From IMG/VR virus record IMGVR_UViG_3300025671_008697: a stretch of 64,000 bases of DNA; one strand, written 5' to 3'. The position numbers were made by a program, and so were the translations under genes. Below the pieces are notes generated by a model. The model saw nothing but the letters and a program-made list of their open reading frames with translations. It was not told where the DNA came from and ran no database searches. How positions within the stretch are numbered: position 1 is the first letter of the stretch; each line of letters starts with the position of its first letter. Shown one piece after another: positions 28,621 to 36,988 of the stretch. Source of the stretch: a virus (taxonomy: Duplodnaviria; Caudoviricetes).

Positions 28621-28722
28621 ACCATATTGAAGCACATTGCCCGCCGTGGTAGGGGAATCGCAAACAGATTGATCACTGTTGCCGATGAGTGGTTCGAATC
28701 CAACAGTGTGCTTCAATATGGT
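28621..28722 (+). repeat. Stalk element D (19 bp stem) enclosing a tRNA-like cloverleaf
   Basis: ACCATATTGAAGCACATTG / CAGTGTGCTTCAATATGGT; interior has TGGTA D-loop-like and GGTTCGAATCC T-loop-like motifs. Confidence 0.85.
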
Positions 28723-28725
28723 AAT

Positions 28726-28812
28726 GGAGATGTAGGAAAATTGGTAACCCCAGCGGACTGTAAATCCGCCGCCCGAAAGGCACTGTGTGTTCGACTCACA
28801 CCGTCTCCACCA
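28726..28812 (+). tRNA. tRNA-Tyr (GTA)
   Basis: GCGGA-CT-GTA-AA-TCCGC, long variable arm, CCA. Confidence 0.92.
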
Positions 28813-28886
28813 TATTGAAGCACATTCTAGGCACGATCTTTACTGCAGGTGCCGACGAAAAAGAGACGAGTGTGCTTCAATATGGT
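28809..28886 (+). repeat. Stalk element E (19 bp stem) joining tRNA-Tyr ACCA to the tRNA-Asp 5' GGT
   Basis: ACCATATTGAAGCACATTC / GAGTGTGCTTCAATATGGT. Confidence 0.87.
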
Positions 28887-28958
28887 CTGTTAGTTAAACG
28901 GTTATAATAATGGCCTGTCACGCCGTAGTCAGGGGTTCGACTCCCCTACAGACCGCCA
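28884..28958 (+). tRNA. tRNA-Asp (GTC)
   Basis: Anticodon loop CT-GTC-AC, GCCA end. Confidence 0.9.
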
Positions 28959-28964
28959 AATAAA

Positions 28965-28993
28965 TTTACATACTGATTATAAATCAGTATAAT
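28965..28993 (+). promoter_or_regulatory. sigma70 promoter (TTTACA-17-TATAAT) with palindromic spacer
   Basis: TACTGAT-TATAA-ATCAGTA spans the spacer and start of the -10. Confidence 0.7.
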
Positions 28994-29002
28994 TACTTTA
29001 AA

Positions 29003-29089
29003 GGAAGGTTGGCAGAGTGGTAATGCACCGGATTGCTAATCCGCCGCTCAGAAATGGGCGCACAGGTTCGAGTCCTGTACCTTCCGCCA
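29003..29089 (+). tRNA. tRNA-Ser (GCT)
   Basis: CGGA-TT-GCT-AA-TCCG, long variable arm, GCCA. Confidence 0.92.
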
Positions 29090-29093
29090 TATT

Positions 29094-29169
29094 GCGGGAT
29101 TAGCTCAGTTGGTAGAGCGAATGCTTGCCAAGCATTAGGTCGTCGGTTCGAACCCGATATCCCGCTCCA
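29094..29169 (+). tRNA. tRNA-Gly (GCC)
   Basis: AATGC-TT-GCC-AA-GCATT, GCGGGA 5' end, TCCA. Confidence 0.93.
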
Positions 29170-29184
29170 CTTTAGTTTATAACT

Positions 29185-30276
29185 TTGATTAATATATATT
29201 CTGCTGGTCATGTTTATGGTTTAGAGTTTTTGCCTGAATCTTATGAAATCTTTAATAATTTAGAAAAAATAAAACTAGCACCAGGCGCACGTCTTGCATT
29301 TATAAGCAACGCAGATATCTGGTATTCTTTACCAAGAGAATTTTTTGATGTAGTTGTTTTTTGGACAACTGAATCGTTATCTTGGGAAAGAACTCAAAAC
29401 AAACCCATTGTCCCTTTGTCAGATAAAGATATTATTTTCAGCAGTAGCAAAGGGCCAAACAATGATATGGATCTGCTTTATTGGTATGATTATGTATCTG
29501 GGATTTATAAATCAAAGTTTAAAAAATTTTTGCCAAGCCTTGAAATATCAAATCATAAGTTGTTTTGTAGTTTAGGTAAAGCCAGATTGCCAAGGACTTA
29601 TGCTTATTGTAAATTCCACGAATTAAATCTAATAAAATCTAATCATATAAGTTTTGTTTCACGTAAAATTTATAAAAATATAGAATCCCCTGACAATATG
29701 GATTTTGAAGGTCAATCTAAAATGGCAGATTTTGTTGCAAATTCTTCTATTGACCTACAAGAACCTATAAAAATTAATTTCAAAGATGATTGGAATATCA
29801 GTAAGAGGCAAAATGATTGGTATACAAAACTTAGAAATACAAACGTAAATGTTTCTGCAATTTTCCCAACTAAAGTGATAAATCAGTCTAGTTTGCTTTT
29901 TGTATTTGAAACGGAAATGCATAATTTAGAACACTTTTCAACAGAAAAAACAGTAAAGGCACTTATTAGTGGAAGACCATCTATTATAATTGCATCTCAA
30001 GGTTATCTTGATTATGTTAAAAAACTAGGGTTTAAAACATGGGACGGGATTATCGATGAAAAATATCAATATTATTCATGCCATAAAACAAGAATAGACA
30101 AAGCAATAAACGAAGCACAACGTTTTTTTTCAACCGATGTACTCGGTAGCAAATGCCTACAAAAACAAATTAAAGACATTGCAGTTTACAATAGGAATCA
30201 TTTATTTCAAACCGACTGGAAATATAACCAAAAAATTGCTTGGAACAAAATTTTAAAAAAACTGAAAAATAAATAA
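29185..30276 (+). CDS. AT-rich accessory protein with GT10-like C-terminus
   Basis: 'VFETE.....FSTEKT.KA...GRP.II....GYL..VKKLGFKTW..IIDE.Y'. Confidence 0.55.
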   Translation: MINIYSAGHVYGLEFLPESYEIFNNLEKIKLAPGARLAFISNADIWYSLPREFFDVVVFWTTESLSWERTQNKPIVPLSDKDIIFSSSKGPNNDMDLLYWYDYVSGIYKSKFKKFLPSLEISNHKLFCSLGKARLPRTYAYCKFHELNLIKSNHISFVSRKIYKNIESPDNMDFEGQSKMADFVANSSIDLQEPIKINFKDDWNISKRQNDWYTKLRNTNVNVSAIFPTKVINQSSLLFVFETEMHNLEHFSTEKTVKALISGRPSIIIASQGYLDYVKKLGFKTWDGIIDEKYQYYSCHKTRIDKAINEAQRFFSTDVLGSKCLQKQIKDIAVYNRNHLFQTDWKYNQKIAWNKILKKLKNK

Positions 30277-30277
30277 T

Positions 30278-30350
30278 CAATATTATAAAGGAGAACCACC
30301 AAATGGGGGCGCCGCGGTTGCAATTATCATGATAGTTCTTTATAATATTG
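30278..30350 (+). repeat. Stalk-like element F (13 bp perfect inverted repeat)
   Basis: CAATATTATAAAG / CTTTATAATATTG enclosing a GC-rich interior. Confidence 0.55.
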
Positions 30351-30372
30351 TAAAGAAATAAGGAGACACACT

Positions 30373-30546
30373 ATGAAGCAAGCAGTATATCGCAATGCTG
30401 TAAATCAGCGCGACGAATGGATTTGTGACGATCCTAAAAAGACCAAGTACATAGACGGTGTCCAATATCTTACGGTTCGCCGACCTGACAGTGAACGTCT
30501 AGTCCTTATTAGAAAGGACAGTTTAATTCGGGTACAAACCAAGTAA
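30373..30546 (+). CDS. 57 aa hypothetical protein
   Basis: MKQAVYRNAVNQRDEWICDDPKKTKYIDGVQYLTVRR...; RBS aggag. Confidence 0.7.
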   Translation: MKQAVYRNAVNQRDEWICDDPKKTKYIDGVQYLTVRRPDSERLVLIRKDSLIRVQTK

Positions 30547-30561
30547 CATTAAATATCTTGT

Positions 30562-31587
30562 ATGAGAATTATCGAAGAAGTAAAGTTGGATTTCAAAGAC
30601 GTACTCTTTGTTCCAAAACGCAGTACTTTGACTAGTAGACGTGAAGTTGACTTAGTTAGGAATTTCGAGTTTAAACACAGCAAATACAAATACAGTGGCA
30701 TACCCATCATGGCATCAAACATGGATGGAGTTGGCTCATTTGAAATGGCTCGAGCCCTAACTGAACACCAACTGTTTACCTGTGTAGTTAAAAGTAAAGG
30801 CTATGCTGACTGGGCTCAGAACTGGCCAGCATTAACCCAAGACACCGTGGCAGTAAGCACAGGTATCACAGAAGCGGACAGTAAGAGGTTAGACATAATC
30901 TTACAGCATTGTCCCGACATACAGTTTATCTGTATTGATGTTGCCAACGGTTATCACGAACACTTTGGCGACTTTGTAGAACAAGTCAGGCAACGCTATC
31001 CAAACAAAACTATTATTGCTGGTAACGTGGTTACCGCAGACATGACGCAAGAACTTATCATGAGAGGAGCAGACATTGTCAAAGTCGGAATCGGACCGGG
31101 ATCGGTATGTACAACTAGGTTTCAAACTGGGGTTGGTTACCCGCAACTTAGTGCGATTATTGAGTGCAGTGATGCGGCTCATGGGCTCAATGCCCATATT
31201 ATTGCTGATGGCGGTTGCACTAGCCCAGGCGATGTGGCTAAAGCATTTGGCGCCGGCGCAGACTTTGTCATGCTTGGGGGCATGTTAGCCGGACACACAG
31301 AAGGCGGCGGCGACATTGTTGACGGTAAGATCAAGTTTTATGGCATGAGTTCAGACACTGCTATGGACAAGCATAATGGCGGTGTTGCCAGTTACCGCAG
31401 CAGTGAAGGCAAAACTGTTACTATGCCGCACAAAGGTATTGTTGAACACACTGTATTAAACATACTAGGTGGACTACGTAGTACCTGCACTTACGTTGGC
31501 GCCGTTAACTTAAAAAATCTCAGTAAGTGTACCACCTTTGCAAGAGTTACACAACAAACAAACGACGTTTATGGAAAACCACAATGA
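30562..31587 (+). CDS. guaC: GMP reductase
   Basis: 'LDFKDVL..PKRS.L.SR.EV', 'IDVANGY', '[23 protein letters not shown]', 'FYGMSS', 'YRSSEGK'. Confidence 0.95.
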   Translation: MRIIEEVKLDFKDVLFVPKRSTLTSRREVDLVRNFEFKHSKYKYSGIPIMASNMDGVGSFEMARALTEHQLFTCVVKSKGYADWAQNWPALTQDTVAVSTGITEADSKRLDIILQHCPDIQFICIDVANGYHEHFGDFVEQVRQRYPNKTIIAGNVVTADMTQELIMRGADIVKVGIGPGSVCTTRFQTGVGYPQLSAIIECSDAAHGLNAHIIADGGCTSPGDVAKAFGAGADFVMLGGMLAGHTEGGGDIVDGKIKFYGMSSDTAMDKHNGGVASYRSSEGKTVTMPHKGIVEHTVLNILGGLRSTCTYVGAVNLKNLSKCTTFARVTQQTNDVYGKPQ

Positions 31588-32558
31588 GTTTCAAAGAAGA
31601 AATTTTAAAATACAGTAGACAAGATCGGATTGCACCCTTAAGTGATTGGTTCGACAATGCGCTCAGTGAACTAATTGATTTTGATGTTTATCCTTATTCA
31701 GATAAACTAGATGAGATAGGTAAGATTCTAGTTAAAAATCTCGTAGCGTATAGAGAAAAATATAACGTCAATGATGTTGTAATTGGTATGAGTGGCGGAG
31801 TGGACAGTGCTCTTACTGCGGCCTTGTTTAAACGGGCAGGTTATACTGTATGGGGATTTACACTACCAATTCATCAAAAGCCTGAAGAAACAGAGCGTGG
31901 CATGGCAGCATGTCGGGCCTTTGACATTATTCATAAGCAGATTGACTTGACTGAGTCTTACGAATTTATGTTAAAGCAGACTCGACTGTTTGATCCAGAG
32001 ATCGACAATGAAGAGGCAAAATTACGTCGAGGTAATTTGCGTGTACGTCTACGTATGATGACCTTGTACAACATGGCCAGTGCCGTGCGAGGGTTTGTGG
32101 CCAGTACAGACAACTATAGTGAACTGGCTGCAGGTTTTTGGACATTACACGGTGATGTAGGCGACGTTAGTCCTATTCAAAGTCTTAATAAGAGTTGGGA
32201 GGTACCTAAACTAGCAGAGATCGCGGGCGTACCTCAAGAAACTGTGTTTGCTACACCTACAGACGGATTAGGTATCAGCAACGGTGATGAAGATCAATTT
32301 GGATTTAGTTACTTAGAGTTTGATATTGTTTTACATCGTATTGGACAGACTACTATTACCTCTTCCAACCGACAGGAGATTTTAGAATCACTAGCAGTGC
32401 CTGATGAGGACTTAGAAAAAGTAAATCGTATTTTAGATAGAATACAGTCAAGTGCATTTAAGCGAGCAAATCCATTTAACCTATTGCATCCCGCACAGCC
32501 CACAAGGTTTCAACAACTAGAAACCATTGACACGGCTGTGTGGAATCCTGTAAAATAA
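31584..32558 (+). CDS. nadE: NH3-dependent NAD+ synthetase (start re-assigned to 31584)
   Basis: PP-loop 'MSGGVDSA', 'NLRVRLRM', '[15 protein letters not shown]', 'PTDGL', 'EDQFG'; no glutaminase domain. Confidence 0.9.
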   Translation: MSFKEEILKYSRQDRIAPLSDWFDNALSELIDFDVYPYSDKLDEIGKILVKNLVAYREKYNVNDVVIGMSGGVDSALTAALFKRAGYTVWGFTLPIHQKPEETERGMAACRAFDIIHKQIDLTESYEFMLKQTRLFDPEIDNEEAKLRRGNLRVRLRMMTLYNMASAVRGFVASTDNYSELAAGFWTLHGDVGDVSPIQSLNKSWEVPKLAEIAGVPQETVFATPTDGLGISNGDEDQFGFSYLEFDIVLHRIGQTTITSSNRQEILESLAVPDEDLEKVNRILDRIQSSAFKRANPFNLLHPAQPTRFQQLETIDTAVWNPVK

Positions 32559-32579
32559 ATATTCTATCAACAATATTTT

Positions 32580-33014
32580 ATGATTTACGAAATACGAGAT
32601 GAACAAGATCCCTACAGTTATCTATTAGCAGAAGATCCAGTAAGGGCACACATTCCATTAGCAGAACGTTTTGGAAAAAATCGCCATGTATTTGCCTTGA
32701 CTGATGAAAATGTAGTAACTGCTATCGTATGTAGTAAGTTATGTCATGGTGTACCTGCCAGTGAACAGGAATTGTTAGCAGACAACGCAAACAATCCTAA
32801 CACTATTGTGTTTTATACTATCTGGAGCTATAAATCCGGATCAGGACAACAATTAATAGCAGAAGGTCTTAAAATTGCCAAAGAAGCATTTACTAATGTA
32901 GAGCGTTTTGTCACACTAAGTCCTCCGACGGAACTTGCACGCCGCTTTCATTTACGTAATGGTGCCACAGTGTTTAGAGTAAATCAAGATACTGTTAACT
33001 ACGAGTACAAATAA
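32580..33014 (+). CDS. Conserved phage hypothetical protein (GNAT-like features)
   Basis: 'FYTIWSY..G.G', 'FVTLSP.T..A.RFHL.NGA'. Confidence 0.55.
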   Translation: MIYEIRDEQDPYSYLLAEDPVRAHIPLAERFGKNRHVFALTDENVVTAIVCSKLCHGVPASEQELLADNANNPNTIVFYTIWSYKSGSGQQLIAEGLKIAKEAFTNVERFVTLSPPTELARRFHLRNGATVFRVNQDTVNYEYK

Positions 33015-33016
33015 TT

Positions 33017-33757
33017 ATGGTACAAATAAAAAACTATTTGGTAGGGTGTGTTAGGCCAGTAGTAAACTATTGGGGTTATTGGCAGGGAACAGGTCCAAAC
33101 CCAAATTGGGAAAAAGACTATAAAAGTTATGCTGACATGTATAAAATTAGTCGCCAAAGCGCCAAAAAGTTTCTACAAAGCACTTGGAAAGAAGTAGCAT
33201 TAAAATCTCCGGTGCTTGATGCACGAATGAATCAAATTGCAACATACTATGCAATTAAAGAAATGTGGCATCAAGAACCATGCAACATATTGTTCATGGG
33301 TTCAGACACTATGTTTATTAAGCCAACTGAATTTTTTGGAAAATACCGAGAAATGCGTTTGTTTAATTATACTGATCCTAAATCACACCCAGAGCATACG
33401 CACTATCTAAATGATGATATTAGATACTATCCTGCTACTATGGACTCTAGTGTTTGGGAACTGGGCGAACAACTTATGGCCAAATGGTTTAGTCATAAAG
33501 AAAGCGATTGGAGTTGGGGGCAACTTCTTCACAATCATCAGATCTGGAGTCAAGGACTGACTCCTGAGCAAATGATAGATCCTACTATGGCTTTTCAGGT
33601 AGTAAGTTTAGATGAAAATCATTCAAATTCATTTAATGGGTGTACTTTAGCAGAAGCAAAAGTCTTACATTTTCACGGCAGTAGAAATGCAGGAGAGCGT
33701 AATGCAGTAATGTTGGACATTGCAAAACAAATGGACATTGACGTTGATTCAGAATAA
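33017..33757 (+). CDS. Putative glycosyltransferase (GT-A-like)
   Basis: DxD-like 'GSDT', 'LNDDIRYY', C-terminal 'VLHFHGSR'; sits at the head of the sugar island. Confidence 0.55.
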   Translation: MVQIKNYLVGCVRPVVNYWGYWQGTGPNPNWEKDYKSYADMYKISRQSAKKFLQSTWKEVALKSPVLDARMNQIATYYAIKEMWHQEPCNILFMGSDTMFIKPTEFFGKYREMRLFNYTDPKSHPEHTHYLNDDIRYYPATMDSSVWELGEQLMAKWFSHKESDWSWGQLLHNHQIWSQGLTPEQMIDPTMAFQVVSLDENHSNSFNGCTLAEAKVLHFHGSRNAGERNAVMLDIAKQMDIDVDSE

Positions 33758-34709
33758 AAGATTTTTAATTACAGGTGCAACGGGTTTTATTGGCAGTCAT
33801 TTAGTAGAATATTTTTCTCAGCACAATAATCAAATTGTCTGCGGTGTAAGGAAAGACACAAAAAATTCGTCACGCCTGAAGCACATTGAAAATTTAGAAT
33901 TTGTTGAGTATGGTCTTAAAGAACCTTGTAATCATCTAAGATCACAATTACTTAACATAGACTATATTTTGCACGTTGCCGCAAACCCTAGTTCAGAAGC
34001 CAGCCTACAAGATCCAATTGGCGCAATATTTGATAATGTGGTGGGTACGGGATATATTTTAGAACTAGCACGAGAATTAAATCTTAAACGATTTGTATAT
34101 TACAGTACAGCAGAAGTATTTGGTCCAGTCAGATTAGGCAATGACAGCAAAGAAGATGATCCTTACAACTCTAACAATCCATACGGAGCAACTAAAGCCG
34201 GAGGTGAAGAACTTGCGGTTGCTTACAGTTCAAGTTTTGGCATACCGACATCAGTAGTCCATCTCAATAACTCGTTTGGTGAAAGATGTCAAAGCACTCG
34301 TTTCCCAGTAACCACAATTAAAAAGATATTAAACAACGAAAAACTTGTAATTCATACAGGTGCAGATGGACATATTGGTGGCCGGCGCTGGTATTATGTT
34401 AAAGATGTAGCCGAACATACTGATTTTATTTTACAAAATCAAAAAAGCCATTGTGAAAAATGGAATAGTGCTGGTGCTGAATTCATTGATAATTTATCGT
34501 TTGCTAAGATGATTGCACAAAGTTTGAAAAAAGAGTTACGTTATGATCTTGTGCCAGTAGACAGACCAGGACATGATGCTTATAATCTAGTCAATCCCGA
34601 TAAACTTTATCGTGAAGGATATAAGAACACCAGTACCACACAGGAAAAAATAGACAACATGGTAAAATGGTATTTAAATAATACTCAATGGTTGGAAAAC
34701 GTTCAATGA
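33720..34709 (+). CDS. NAD-dependent epimerase/dehydratase (NDP-glucose 4,6-dehydratase-like); exact start uncertain
   Basis: 'ITGATGFIG', 'STAEVFG', 'PYGATK' YxxxK, 'NNSFGERC', 'DRPGHD..Y'. Confidence 0.88.
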   Translation: MQNKWTLTLIQNKRFLITGATGFIGSHLVEYFSQHNNQIVCGVRKDTKNSSRLKHIENLEFVEYGLKEPCNHLRSQLLNIDYILHVAANPSSEASLQDPIGAIFDNVVGTGYILELARELNLKRFVYYSTAEVFGPVRLGNDSKEDDPYNSNNPYGATKAGGEELAVAYSSSFGIPTSVVHLNNSFGERCQSTRFPVTTIKKILNNEKLVIHTGADGHIGGRRWYYVKDVAEHTDFILQNQKSHCEKWNSAGAEFIDNLSFAKMIAQSLKKELRYDLVPVDRPGHDAYNLVNPDKLYREGYKNTSTTQEKIDNMVKWYLNNTQWLENVQ

Positions 34710-35647
34710 GTAAGAAGATTGTGTATGTTACAGGTTGCCTGGGATTTATTGGCTACCACGTAACTCGGGCCTGTTTAGAGCAAGGGTGGTATGTTAGAGG
34801 AGTTGACAAAGGCACTTATGCAGCCAATTGGAACTTATTACCAGAGTTACAAAAGTATAAAACTTTTACTTTTGAACATAAAGATATCAATGACATTGAC
34901 AGGATCTATGACAGTGACTATTTTATTAACACTGCTGCCGAAACACACGTAGACAACAGCATTGAAAGTTCAGACGAATTTGTACACAGTAACATCGATG
35001 GTGTTCATCATTTGCTCAAATTGATCAATCAAAAGAAACTGCAAAAACCGATATTTTTGCATTTTAGCACTGACGAAGTCTACGGTGATATAGAGCAGGG
35101 CAGTCATACAGAACAAGACTTGTTACGTCCTAGCAATCCTTACAGTGCCACCAAGGCCGCTGCCGACATGCTGGTGATGGCCTGGGGCAGAACCCATAAT
35201 TTGCCTTACATAATTGTACGCCCCACCAATAACTATGGCATAGGCCAGTATGTAGAGAAACTTATACCTAAAACTTGTAAATTTTTTACAATCGGCAAAC
35301 GAGTTGATCTACACAATAATGGGACTCCTGTTCGTACATGGTTACATGCTTCTGATACTGCTAGTGCAATTATTAAAATTATTGAATCTGGCGTAACTAA
35401 TGAAATTTATAATATTTCTGGTAATTTAGAATTACAAAACATTGAAGTGGTTAAAAAAGTTTCCAAAATAATGCACAACACCGACGATGTTTCCTCTTAT
35501 ATAGAAGATTCGGTTAGAAAAGGGCAAGATGTTAGGTACAGTATAGATGATTCCAAACTTAAAAAACTTGGATGGCGACCACAGGCAGAGTTTGACACGG
35601 AGTTGAAAAAAATAGTAAAATACTACAAGAACAATTTTATTTGGTAA
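34706..35647 (+). CDS. dTDP-glucose 4,6-dehydratase-like SDR
   Basis: 'VTGCLGFIG', 'AAETHVDNSI', 'STDEVYG', 'PSNPYSATK', 'NNYG..QY.EKLIP', 'RKGQDVRY'. Confidence 0.9.
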   Translation: MSKKIVYVTGCLGFIGYHVTRACLEQGWYVRGVDKGTYAANWNLLPELQKYKTFTFEHKDINDIDRIYDSDYFINTAAETHVDNSIESSDEFVHSNIDGVHHLLKLINQKKLQKPIFLHFSTDEVYGDIEQGSHTEQDLLRPSNPYSATKAAADMLVMAWGRTHNLPYIIVRPTNNYGIGQYVEKLIPKTCKFFTIGKRVDLHNNGTPVRTWLHASDTASAIIKIIESGVTNEIYNISGNLELQNIEVVKKVSKIMHNTDDVSSYIEDSVRKGQDVRYSIDDSKLKKLGWRPQAEFDTELKKIVKYYKNNFIW

Positions 35648-35648
35648 T

Positions 35649-36968
35649 ATGGAACACATTCTTAAACAGGTTCGCGAATACGTTGAACAAAAACAATCTA
35701 ATAAGTCCTGGACTGCAGGTAAAGACTTTGTAAACTATGCAGGCGCACACTATGATGCTGAAGAATACGTAGCAGGTGTAGAAAGTTTGCTTAACGGTTG
35801 GTTGGCAATGGGCACGGCAGGTATTGAGTTTGAACGACGGTTTCCTTCACAGTTCGGCAAAACACTGGGTATTGTGACCAACAGTGGATCCAGCAGTAAC
35901 TTGCTGATGATGGCTTCGCTTACCAGCAAACGTGGTTATAACTTGCCTAAAGGCACAAAAGTTTTGATGCCTATTGCAGGTTTTCCTACTACACTTAATC
36001 CTACCCTACAAGTAGGATTCTTACCTCAGTTTGTAGACATTGAATTAGACACATTAAACATTAATTTAGACCAAGTTGAACGTGCATTAGCCAATGATCC
36101 AGAAATACGTGTAATTACTTTTGCACACGTCTTGGGTAATCCTCCTAACATGGATCAGTTAATGGATCTTGTGCGTAAACACGATTTAATTTTGTTAGAA
36201 GACTGTTGCGATGCACTGGGCAGTACGTGGAACGGTCAACCTCTTGGCAGTTTTGGTTTAATGGCATCATGCAGTTTTTATCCTGCACACCATATGACCA
36301 TGGGTGAAGGTGGATTTGTTGCTACCAATGATCCACAACAAGAAGTTATATTACGCAGTTTCCGTGAATGGGGCCGCGGTTGTTACTGTGTTGGTCCAGA
36401 GGCAAACAAACTGAAATGTGGTACTTGCGGCAAACGATTTAGCGAATGGATTCCTGCCATGCCAGGAGAAATATTTGACCACAAGTATGTTTACGATGAG
36501 ATTGGTTATAACCTAAAACCCATCGAACTACAATGTGCCATGGGCTTGAAGCAGTTGGACAAATTGCCAGAAATACATCAACTACGCCGCCGCAACTACA
36601 AATTGTTACTAGACATTTACAAAAAGCACGAAGAATTTTTTATCTTACCTTATGCACAACCAGGCTCGGATCCATCATGGTTTGCTTTTCCCTTAACAAT
36701 AAGGCAGGGCGCACCATTTAGTCGTAGTGATATAGTAGACTATTTGGAAGAAAACCTTATACAGACACGCCCGTATTTTGCAGGCAATATTATGCTACAA
36801 CCTGCGTACAGCCATTTGATGGATCCGAATGTGGCCCGAAACTTAATGCCCAATGCTACACACGCCATGACTCATACTTACTTTCATGGCACCAGTCCTG
36901 TGATTACAGAACAGCAAATTCAGTACATTGGAGAAATTGTAGACGGCTTCTTAAGTTTGTTTAAGTAA
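35649..36968 (+). CDS. rfbH: CDP-6-deoxy-4-keto-hexose 3-dehydrase (E1; RfbH/DdhC family)
   Basis: 'SFYPAHHMTMGEGG' (His in place of the Schiff-base Lys), 'GRGCYC...CGKRF' Fe-S motif, 'DHKYVY..IGYNLK', 'TRPYFAGN'. Confidence 0.9.
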   Translation: MEHILKQVREYVEQKQSNKSWTAGKDFVNYAGAHYDAEEYVAGVESLLNGWLAMGTAGIEFERRFPSQFGKTLGIVTNSGSSSNLLMMASLTSKRGYNLPKGTKVLMPIAGFPTTLNPTLQVGFLPQFVDIELDTLNINLDQVERALANDPEIRVITFAHVLGNPPNMDQLMDLVRKHDLILLEDCCDALGSTWNGQPLGSFGLMASCSFYPAHHMTMGEGGFVATNDPQQEVILRSFREWGRGCYCVGPEANKLKCGTCGKRFSEWIPAMPGEIFDHKYVYDEIGYNLKPIELQCAMGLKQLDKLPEIHQLRRRNYKLLLDIYKKHEEFFILPYAQPGSDPSWFAFPLTIRQGAPFSRSDIVDYLEENLIQTRPYFAGNIMLQPAYSHLMDPNVARNLMPNATHAMTHTYFHGTSPVITEQQIQYIGEIVDGFLSLFK

Positions 36969-36988
36969 TAATATAGAAATGGTAACAG

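Noticed and set aside
27011-28886. CRISPR array interpretation of the repeated ACCATATTGAAGCACATT arms
   Set aside because: The repeats are inverted pairs around each interior, not tandem direct repeats at regular spacing. tRNAs intervene and no cas genes are present.
27011-28886. Theta (HDV-like) or hammerhead ribozymes after tRNA 3' ends
   Set aside because: The elements start with U after CCA and close by one long terminal stem, not a nested double pseudoknot. CCGATGAG in D lacks the downstream GAAA of a hammerhead core. A covariance-model search should still confirm this.
26353-29169. Stop-codon reassignment or suppressor tRNA
   Set aside because: No CTA, TCA or TTA anticodon is present. 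Long genes are intact under code 11, and TAG, TGA and TAA all end genes at sensible boundaries.
27017-29211. ORF-track entries over the tRNA cluster (27017, 27150, 27653, 27680, 27724, 28486, 28561, 28993)
   Set aside because: They are shadow frames across tRNA genes and structured RNA, with no RBS and typical antisense-tRNA pseudo-peptides.
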